This document shows positions 1-6,451 of a stretch of 11,903 nucleotides of DNA, one piece after another. The DNA comes from Candidatus Aenigmatarchaeota archaeon. Lineage in GTDB: Archaea; EX4484-52. The position numbers and the translations under genes are program-made. The DNA is taken from assembly GCA_023137195.1 (NCBI GenBank), contig JAGLPV010000039.1, positions 1 through 11,903 of the forward strand, read 5' to 3'. The notes under the pieces are model-generated. The model was not told the DNA's origin. It worked only from the letters and a program-made list of their open reading frames with translations, and ran no database searches. Within the stretch, counting starts at the first letter, position 1. Every line of letters starts with the position of its first letter.

Positions 1-26
1 ATATACAGGTTATTCAAATATAAAAA

Positions 27-707
27 TCAATAAGAACACAATTTCTTTAAAACACATCCATTGCATATTGGTTTTTTCCTGCAGTATTCTTTTGCGTGCT
101 CGACAATCAATCCATGATATTGTTTGAATAAAACAACGTCTTTTTCTAAATTTTCCCCGAATGTTTTTTGCAGAGTATCATAGGTGTATTTTGATGCATC
201 TGCATAATCCAGCAGATTAATCCTTTGCGCGATTCTTTTTGTATATGCATCTATTACAAAAATGGGTCTATTGAGTGCATAAAGCAAAATTGAGTCTGCG
301 CTTTCTTTCCCGATGCCGACAACATTGAGTAACCTTTTTCTTAACTCCTGCAAATCCATCTGCCTGATGTCTTCTGTCTTGTTTTTGAGAAAAAAGGAAC
401 AAATGTTTTTTAGGTAAACTGCTTTTTGCCTGAAAAATCCTGATGGTCTGATAAGCTCTTCGAGTCTTTTGATATCAATATTTTTTATCTTTTCTATGCT
501 TATCAAATCGTGTTTTTTTAGGTTTTTTATGCTTTTTACAACATTATTCCAGTTTGTATTTTGTGTCAAAATAACACCGATGATTATCTCAAATTCCCTG
601 TCCTGTTTTTTTGACGTTGTCACGGGCCACCATGATTCCACGCGACAATTATATTTGTCCAAAAGAATATTGTAAACATCACTTATTGTGCTGGAGCGGG
701 CATACAT
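27..707 (-). CDS. HhH-GPD superfamily DNA glycosylase, endonuclease III-related, with C-terminal 4Fe-4S motif
   Basis: 226 aa. Motifs WWP, FEIIIGVILTQNTNWNNV, IRPSGFFRQKA, HhH GIGKESADSILLYA, catalytic-Asp segment FVIDAY, and C-terminal C-x5-C-x2-C-x5-C (CRKKPICNGCVLKKLC). Confidence 0.92.
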   Translation of the reverse strand: MYARSSTISDVYNILLDKYNCRVESWWPVTTSKKQDREFEIIIGVILTQNTNWNNVVKSIKNLKKHDLISIEKIKNIDIKRLEELIRPSGFFRQKAVYLKNICSFFLKNKTEDIRQMDLQELRKRLLNVVGIGKESADSILLYALNRPIFVIDAYTKRIAQRINLLDYADASKYTYDTLQKTFGENLEKDVVLFKQYHGLIVEHAKEYCRKKPICNGCVLKKLCSY

Positions 708-721
708 AAGGATAAGTTCAA

Positions 722-746
722 CGAAAGATTAATAAAGATTTATATG
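722..746. promoter_or_regulatory. Putative divergent archaeal promoter (BRE/TATA-like) between the glycosylase gene and minD
   Basis: 53-bp divergent gap containing CGAAAG-ATTAATA about 27-39 nt before the minD ATG. The reverse strand reads TTTATTAA about 22-29 nt before the glycosylase ATG. Confidence 0.45.
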
Positions 747-760
747 ATATAATCTATACT

Positions 761-1522
761 ATGGCAAGAGTTATATCGTGTGTTTCTGGAAAAGGTGGCG
801 TTGGAAAAACCACTTTTGTTGCAAATTTAGGCATTGCCGCATCTGAATTCGGTCACAAAACCATTGTTGTGGACGCTAATTTAACTACTCCTAATTTAGG
901 ATTTCATCTGGGTGTGCCCTTGTACCCTCAGACAATACACAATCTTTTGAGAGATGAAGGTAATATCTATGATGCGATGTATATTCATCCGAGTGATTTG
1001 AAAGTGATTCCTGCCGGTCTTTCAATATATGATTTAAAAAATACAGACCCTTCAAAATTAAGTAATGTTGTAAATAAACTAAGAGAGGAACATGATTTGG
1101 TTATACTTGATGGCTCTGCCGGGCTTGGAAAAGAATCTCTTGCATCGATAGAGGCGGCAGATGAAATAATTATAATTACCAATCCTGAACTGCCTTCTGT
1201 TACAGATGCTCTAAAAACAATAAAAATTGCAGAAGAAATGAAAAAGCCGATAATCGGTGTGGTGGTAAACAGGGTTAGAAAAATGAAATCGGAATTGACT
1301 AAACATGATATTGAATCAATTCTTGGTGCGCCAGTGATTTCAATTATACATGAAGATAAAAAAATGTCAGACTGCATTGCTGCAAAAACACCAATTGTTT
1401 CTTATGATAAAGATCATAATGCGGCAATAGAGGTAAAAAAAATTGCAGCTGAGCTTACGGATACTTTCTGGAGTCCTCCGAAAAAGGATTTGATGTTTGT
1501 GCTTAAAAGAATTTTTAGTTAA
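761..1522 (+). CDS. minD: Archaeal MinD-family ATPase
   Basis: 253 aa. Deviant Walker A SGKGGVGKTT, VVDANLTTPNL, ILDGSAGLG, TNPELPSVTDA, GVVVNRV. The C-terminal KKDLMFVLKRIFS resembles the amphipathic membrane-targeting helix. Confidence 0.9.
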   Translation: MARVISCVSGKGGVGKTTFVANLGIAASEFGHKTIVVDANLTTPNLGFHLGVPLYPQTIHNLLRDEGNIYDAMYIHPSDLKVIPAGLSIYDLKNTDPSKLSNVVNKLREEHDLVILDGSAGLGKESLASIEAADEIIIITNPELPSVTDALKTIKIAEEMKKPIIGVVVNRVRKMKSELTKHDIESILGAPVISIIHEDKKMSDCIAAKTPIVSYDKDHNAAIEVKKIAAELTDTFWSPPKKDLMFVLKRIFS

Positions 1523-1841
1523 TAATCCACGAATTTTGATTTTGGATTTATACATTCTTTTATTTATTGATATGTCTTTTGTCTCCATAACAAATATTGT
1601 TCTTTCTCTCAAAAATGAAACGCATAGATAAATTCAACGATAAGGAAATTTTTTAAAGAAAAATCTAAAATGTGCAAATAGCGTACTTTATTTTCTATGC
1701 ATTAAATGTATTTTGTCTGAAGGACAACATTTGATGTATTTTATCCACAAGATAAAACATTAGAAGTAGTAACTCTTGTAAGGAAACTTCTATGGGTATT
1801 GCTTGTAAGGATAGATTCATCAGTACATTTCGTAGATGCTT

Positions 1842-2246
1842 TTATTTTCTTAATTTAAATTTCAGTCCGTACTGGATAATGCCTTCTTTTCCCCCAGTAT
1901 ACATTTTTCTAAATACACAATATACGGGGGCCCCTATTTTTACTTCATCTATGTCGCAATCTACAACCTGACCGCAAACACGCACGCCTGCTTCAAGCTC
2001 CAGTATTGCTAATACATAGGGTGTGCCTCTTTCGAAACCTTCTGCTGCAGAACGAACAACTGTTTTGCTGAATACAGTACCCTCTTCTTTGAATACATAG
2101 TCCTCCAATTTTGAATTTCTCCTGCATTTAGAACATATTTTTACAGGAGGGTAGTAAAGAGAACTACAATTACTGCATTTTGTTCCAACTAGACGATATT
2201 TATTTTTGAATTTTCTCCAGGCAATAGCCACACTTTGTTTATGCAT
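1842..2246 (-). CDS. DUF35-family Zn-ribbon + OB-fold protein (acyl-CoA-associated; thiolase partner type)
   Basis: 134 aa. YRLVGTKCSNC...YYPPVKICSKC zinc ribbon, then EGTVFSKTVV, PYVLAILELE, IGAPVYCVFRK and a C-terminal GIIQYGLKF. Confidence 0.9.
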   Translation of the reverse strand: MHKQSVAIAWRKFKNKYRLVGTKCSNCSSLYYPPVKICSKCRRNSKLEDYVFKEEGTVFSKTVVRSAAEGFERGTPYVLAILELEAGVRVCGQVVDCDIDEVKIGAPVYCVFRKMYTGGKEGIIQYGLKFKLRK

Positions 2247-2254
2247 AATAATAG

Positions 2255-2278
2255 AAAATAAAATAAAAAAATTAAAAA
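2255..2278 (-). terminator. Oligo-T tract: putative terminator of the lipoprotein operon, overlapping a TATA-like element for the DUF35 gene
   Basis: The minus strand reads TTTTTAATTTTTTTATTTTATTTT starting about 12 nt after the stop at 2290. TTTTTAAT lies 25-32 nt upstream of the DUF35 ATG. Confidence 0.45.
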
Positions 2279-2289
2279 TCTATCGGTAT

Positions 2290-3231
2290 TTAGATGCCCT
2301 CGTGTTCAAGAGTGAAAGATGCCTGTGATTCAACAAAATATCCATAGCTTGTAGTCATCACAATGTGTAATTTCTTTTGAACTATGCCGGACAAATCAAC
2401 AGAATCACTTGTAAATGTTGCTGTTCCTTCTACTCCATCTCCTTTCAATAACCTTATTGTTTGATCTGCAAAGTTTGCAAGAGGCAATTCAGGAATACTA
2501 ATTGACACATCCACTCTGTTTATCAAACTTTTCAAAGCAGCAGGATCTATGCATGTATCTATACTTGCAGGATTCTGGAAAACAAGACCGTTTAATTTAT
2601 CTAAGTTTCTTACTTTTACCTGTATTTTTATTACCTTGTTATTATCTGCTTTTATTGGTTGAGGTGTCAGTATTTCTATACTTAATGGACCACCCGAACT
2701 TCTTGTCACAACAGGAGTTTCCTGGTAAGATCCTCTTTGTACCTGCTGTCTGAGTTCATCTCTTGATATTACTGTAAATTCTGCGGTTGATGTTGTGTCG
2801 TAGAGATAACATAGTCTTACTTTCGGTTCAAACAACATTGGTATTCCTTCAGGGGCTCCTTCTTTTCCGTCATTGTCTACTGTCCATACTACGGTTTCAG
2901 GGAAAGAAGGTATGTTATTCACTGTATCGGGCGGACTCATATCTCCAAATGAATATTCTGTTGTAGGAAGACCTCCTTCTGTTATTTCAAAATATGCACT
3001 TGAATCTACATGATACAAAAATGCCTTTGTCTCCTTGGCAGTAGTACCTCCTATATTCTGAACTTCTAATGCTAAAGTCCCGTCTTCTCCATTCACCATA
3101 TTATTTGGACTGAAAGTGAATGAATTTATTACCATTCCTTTTGTGGCAGTATTTATGTTAGAACCACCTGTACAGCCGGAAGTTACAATAATGGCTGCAA
3201 CCACCAACATTATTATTATTTTTTTATTCAT
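2290..3231 (-). CDS. Secreted lipoprotein-like surface protein, probably two beta-sandwich (Ig-like) domains; paralogue of 3252..4163
   Basis: 313 aa. Signal peptide MNKK + hydrophobic core + lipobox-like TSGC, then a Gly/Ser/Thr linker and alternating beta-strand patterns (LALEVQNIG, IQVKVRNL). The fold is inferred. Confidence 0.8.
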   Translation of the reverse strand: MNKKIIIMLVVAAIIVTSGCTGGSNINTATKGMVINSFTFSPNNMVNGEDGTLALEVQNIGGTTAKETKAFLYHVDSSAYFEITEGGLPTTEYSFGDMSPPDTVNNIPSFPETVVWTVDNDGKEGAPEGIPMLFEPKVRLCYLYDTTSTAEFTVISRDELRQQVQRGSYQETPVVTRSSGGPLSIEILTPQPIKADNNKVIKIQVKVRNLDKLNGLVFQNPASIDTCIDPAALKSLINRVDVSISIPELPLANFADQTIRLLKGDGVEGTATFTSDSVDLSGIVQKKLHIVMTTSYGYFVESQASFTLEHEGI

Positions 3232-3239
3232 AATTATTT

Positions 3240-3246
3240 ACACCTT
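3240..3246 (-). promoter_or_regulatory. Shine-Dalgarno-like site
   Basis: AAGGTGT 8 nt upstream of the ATG at 3231, inside a 20-bp intergenic gap. It matches part of the archaeal GGAGGTGA consensus. Confidence 0.6.
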
Positions 3247-3251
3247 TTATA

Positions 3252-4163
3252 TTATTCTGATACCTGCATGAATCTTGTGCTTGCATCCACAGAGTAACCG
3301 TATGTTGTTCTTAATATTATATCCATGTCCTGCTTTACAACATCATTGGGAATGTTTGTGAATGTGAATGTCTTGCTTCCTGTTTTCCCGTCACTCAATA
3401 ATATCGTTTCTGTATGAAGTTCTCCAATAGATGGTATTTCAACAGTTACATCCACACGATTGAATTCTCCTGAACCCAGGCTCATGCAATCAGCACCAGG
3501 AGTATATACAACGCCTGTTGTCAAATCATTGTTTGTAACTTTAACATTCACAGACAAAGCTTTTGCTGCTGCTGTACTGCTTACAACCACAGGCTGCCTT
3601 GAAGTGATGTCTATGCTGATTGGACCTCCTGAATTTTTTGTCGTAACATCTGCAGATTCTTCCATAAGACCTCTTGTTCTTTCCTGCTTTAATTCCTCTT
3701 TTGAAATTATTGTGAATTTAGCTGATGCCACAGCACTGTAATCATAACATACTCTTGCAGCTGGATTGTATTCTAAAGGCACTCCTTGTGGTGCAGGTGC
3801 TGTCGGAGTGAATGTCCATGTTGAGGTAATAGGAAATGAAGGTATATTGTTCACTACATCGGGTGCGTCCAAATCTCCAAAATCATAATCTAAAGTTCCC
3901 TGATCAGAAACTACGTTCCATGCATTGGTCGTATCCATCCCATACAGATATGCCTTTACATTCTTTGCTTCAACAGAACCCAGGTTCTGTACTTCTATAG
4001 CTAAAACTCCCTCGTCTGTTCCTTCAACCTGTGTTGGATTAAAGGAAAGGGAATTTATAACAACACCTTCAGTGCTTGAAGTAATTGTAGTTCCTCCGGG
4101 CACTGTACATCCACTTATTAGGGTCATAATTGCTATAAGTGTCAATAATTTATATATTTCCAT
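3252..4163 (-). CDS. Secreted lipoprotein-like surface protein, probably two beta-sandwich domains; paralogue of 2290..3231
   Basis: 303 aa. Hydrophobic leader + ISGC. Shares G.VINS..F.P, EVQN.G, VNNIPSFP, R.CY.Y, GGP.SI.I, NRVDV and YGY.V with its neighbour, collinearly. Confidence 0.8.
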   Translation of the reverse strand: MEIYKLLTLIAIMTLISGCTVPGGTTITSSTEGVVINSLSFNPTQVEGTDEGVLAIEVQNLGSVEAKNVKAYLYGMDTTNAWNVVSDQGTLDYDFGDLDAPDVVNNIPSFPITSTWTFTPTAPAPQGVPLEYNPAARVCYDYSAVASAKFTIISKEELKQERTRGLMEESADVTTKNSGGPISIDITSRQPVVVSSTAAAKALSVNVKVTNNDLTTGVVYTPGADCMSLGSGEFNRVDVTVEIPSIGELHTETILLSDGKTGSKTFTFTNIPNDVVKQDMDIILRTTYGYSVDASTRFMQVSE

Positions 4164-4170
4164 AATTTGA

Positions 4171-4217
4171 TACCTTCTTTTTTATATAATATTGAAAGTA
4201 CAGGTTTATATATTTTT
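4171..4217 (-). promoter_or_regulatory. Putative promoter and SD site for the lipoprotein operon
   Basis: Minus strand: AAAAATATATAAAC (about 4217-4204, BRE/TATA-like) and GAAGGTA (4177-4171) 7 nt before the ATG at 4163. Confidence 0.45.
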
Positions 4218-4263
4218 CTTTTTATTGGCTCACTAAACCCCTAAAAATATATACCCTGCTGTA

Positions 4264-4326
4264 TAGCAAAACACATAAATAATACATAGATATACTATCT
4301 GTAAATAGCATTTATGTATTTTGCTA
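4264..4326. repeat. Long imperfect inverted repeat (17-bp arms, 1 mismatch)
   Basis: TAGCAAAACACATAAAT (4264-4280) versus ATTTATGTATTTTGCTA (4310-4326). An inner AGATA/TATCT stem lies in the loop. Confidence 0.85.
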
Positions 4327-4327
4327 G

Positions 4328-4370
4328 TATATCGCGCCACATACTTGCATTACTTTTGTGCCGCGATATA
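4328..4370. repeat. Inverted repeat (14-bp arms, 1 mismatch, 15-nt spacer)
   Basis: TATATCGCGCCACA (4328-4341) versus TGTGCCGCGATATA (4357-4370). Confidence 0.85.
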
Positions 4371-4446
4371 ATAAAAGCACAATTTCTGTTGAACCATTAA
4401 CAAAATGTTTTTTTAAGTTTTTATAGTATAATATATCTAAAACAAT

Positions 4447-5412
4447 ATGGATATTAATTTTTCCTATACAAACATTCCAATTTTGCTTGGACTTCTTGTT
4501 TCTGTTGTAATCATTCATTTCTATATCTTAAAAAAAACGCAAAAAAGGACACTTTTGTTTGCAAATTATGAAATGCTCCAAAAAGTAATCGGAAAAAACA
4601 TATTCAACAAAAACTGGGTTATCCTGGTTCTGCGTTTGATTATAACTACTTTGCTGTTTCTGACGGTCTGTAAATTTACAATGATTGTGGCTGCGGATTA
4701 TGCAAATGAAGATTATATCTTTCTTATTGATGCATCTCCTTCTATGGGGGAAGCTATGCCTTATGTAAGTTTGATGTCGCGATATATTGCGGACGAACTG
4801 CCTGATAACACCAATATCGGCGTTGTGTTGTTTTCTAAACAGATTAAAACTATTTCCCTGCTGGAGAAAAAAACAGAAAAACTCGACGAGCAACTCTCGG
4901 ATATTGAATTGCTCTCTCCCGCCGGGATGTCTATGGGGGAAGCGATAGAGTCGTGTACCTCGGTATTTGAAAATTCAAACAAATCAAAGATTATTATTAT
5001 GTTTACCGGCGTGGATAAAAAATACGAACTTTCCGGTGAATTAAATGACACTTATGATATACTGCAAAAAAATAATATAACTATGTATGCAATCGGGTTC
5101 TGGAAGAATGTAAGTGTTGTTGAGATGCCCGAATCATTGAAAAAATATGCGACAAACAAAAGTTATGAAATCACGACAGTAGAAAAACTGGGTCTTGACG
5201 AGGAGTTTTTGCTCAATATAACAAACAAGACAGGGGGGAAATTCTACAAACTTGACAATATGACTTTGATAGAAAATATAACGAGTGATATCGCCCAGAC
5301 AACAGAGTCTAAAACAAATATTGAATTATGGAAATATTTCCTGATTATTTCTGTAGTGCTTTTGATGATTGAATGGACCCTGGGGATGACAAAATATAAA
5401 ACTCTGCCTTAA
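4447..5412 (+). CDS. Membrane-anchored von Willebrand factor A (VWA) domain protein with BatA-like N-terminus
   Basis: 321 aa. Two N-terminal hydrophobic helices around a Lys-rich loop (BatA-like ...LLFAN...L), MIDAS motif IFLIDASPSM, IGVVLFS, IIIMFTG, MYAIGF, L..I...TGGKFY, and a C-terminal TM helix. TTTTTATA lies 22-29 nt upstream. Confidence 0.85.
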   Translation: MDINFSYTNIPILLGLLVSVVIIHFYILKKTQKRTLLFANYEMLQKVIGKNIFNKNWVILVLRLIITTLLFLTVCKFTMIVAADYANEDYIFLIDASPSMGEAMPYVSLMSRYIADELPDNTNIGVVLFSKQIKTISLLEKKTEKLDEQLSDIELLSPAGMSMGEAIESCTSVFENSNKSKIIIMFTGVDKKYELSGELNDTYDILQKNNITMYAIGFWKNVSVVEMPESLKKYATNKSYEITTVEKLGLDEEFLLNITNKTGGKFYKLDNMTLIENITSDIAQTTESKTNIELWKYFLIISVVLLMIEWTLGMTKYKTLP

Positions 5413-5441
5413 TTAGTGGTTTAGCAAACTGCAAGACAATC

Positions 5442-5498
5442 CACAGGAACGCACGGAACCCACGGGAAACGGTTTATTTTCTTCTCTACGTTCCTGTG
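5442..5498. repeat. 10-bp inverted repeat whose left arm is the first of three degenerate tandem units
   Basis: CACAGGAACG (5442-5451) pairs perfectly with CGTTCCTGTG (5489-5498). Tandem units: CACAGGAAC, CACGGAAC, CACGGGAAAC (5442-5470). Confidence 0.8.
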
Positions 5499-5540
5499 AG
5501 TTATTCAATGAAATTGGATATGCAGAAAATCATAAGGAGT

Positions 5541-5580
5541 CATCGGTCTTTGACCGATGTGCGGAAAATCAAGATTTTCC
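5541..5580. repeat. Two adjacent perfect short hairpins (REP-like)
   Basis: CATCGGTC-TTT-GACCGATG (5541-5559) and GGAAAATC-AA-GATTTTCC (5563-5580), 3 nt apart. Confidence 0.85.
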
Positions 5581-5619
5581 AGCCTTCTCGCACCCATGGA
5601 TACTATTTGAATACGAAAA

Positions 5620-6312
5620 TTATAATTCTTTCTCTGCAATGGCGTTTGCCCTGGTGTATTCTTCTATTTTTCCGATATCTATCCACAAATCATTGAATGT
5701 GAACCCGCATATTTTTTTCCCGTCAGCGAGAAGTCGAGGGAATATGTCTTTTGCAAAATCATCTCCTTCTTTTATGTAATCTAAAACTTCGGGGTTTACG
5801 CAATATATCATGGTTGACCCGAGAAACTCAAAACTTGGTTTTTCCCTAAATCTTTTGACTGAGGAATCCTTGTTTAATTCAACAACGCCGAAGTCAACAG
5901 GAACGCTCATTTCTATTAAAGCTATTGTAACTGCTGCTTTTTTTTCCCTGTGAAAATTTAACATTTTTGTTAGGTCTATATTGGTGAAATTATCTCCGCC
6001 CATGACCAGGAATGGTTCGTCTTTCAATTCATCCTTGAGTTCGTATAAACACCCGGCAGTCCCGAGCGCCTGTTTTTCTTCGTGGTATTTTATTGAAACG
6101 CCCAGATCCTTTCCTTCATGAAAATAACTCTTTATCTGGTATCCAAGATAGCCGATGGTGATTGTGATATCTTTAATATCGTGGCTCTTCAAATGCAACA
6201 TTATGTGCTCTATTATTGGTCTTTGCTTCAAGGGGAGCAATGGCTTTGGTACGGCATATGTCAGGGGTCTTAATCTTGTGCCCTTGCCTCCGGCTAAAAT
6301 TACTGCTTTCAT
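5620..6312 (-). CDS. Sugar-phosphate nucleotidyltransferase (NDP-sugar pyrophosphorylase, mannose-1-phosphate guanylyltransferase-like), without a C-terminal LbH domain
   Basis: MKAVILAGGKGTRLRPLT..PKPLLP, E...LGTAG, GD, FGVV, FREKP, WIDIG. Start moved from 6384 to the ATG at 6312 (230 aa), which has a TATTTAAAAA box about 24-33 nt upstream. Confidence 0.92.
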   Translation of the reverse strand: MKAVILAGGKGTRLRPLTYAVPKPLLPLKQRPIIEHIMLHLKSHDIKDITITIGYLGYQIKSYFHEGKDLGVSIKYHEEKQALGTAGCLYELKDELKDEPFLVMGGDNFTNIDLTKMLNFHREKKAAVTIALIEMSVPVDFGVVELNKDSSVKRFREKPSFEFLGSTMIYCVNPEVLDYIKEGDDFAKDIFPRLLADGKKICGFTFNDLWIDIGKIEEYTRANAIAEKEL

Positions 6313-6451
6313 AATACTATGTATTATACTATATGTTTTTAAATAATTTTGTTGTAGAATATATTGAGTAAATAACTTTCTCATCCTGCATATATCTCCT
6401 CTTTGGAACCCACATTACATATTTAAATAATTGATTATATATAATATTACC

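Noticed and set aside
1367-1612. 81-aa minus-strand ORF
   Set aside because: Overlaps the minD 3' end antisense, has no recognisable motif and a weak start.
1741-1749. Perfect bacterial DnaA box TTATCCACA
   Set aside because: A single copy in an archaeal context with no cluster of boxes and no dnaA; plausible by chance in AT-rich DNA.
1775-1811. Possible mini-CRISPR from the repeated CTTGTAAGGA
   Set aside because: Only two 10-bp copies with a 17-nt spacer, too short, and no cas genes.
4324-4518. 64-aa minus-strand ORF crossing the hairpin region
   Set aside because: Antisense to the VWA start and promoter, with no protein-like features.
5525-5600. Possible tRNA (multi-stem structure)
   Set aside because: No TTCGA T-loop, no D-loop GG in the correct position, no 7-bp acceptor stem or 7-nt anticodon loop.
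5496-5696. 66-aa plus-strand ORF across the hairpin element
   Set aside because: Runs through palindromic DNA and antisense into the nucleotidyltransferase; no motif.
6311-6327. Palindrome ATAATAC-TAT-GTATTAT over the nucleotidyltransferase start
   Set aside because: Only 7-bp arms in very AT-rich sequence and no second copy seen; cannot be distinguished from chance.
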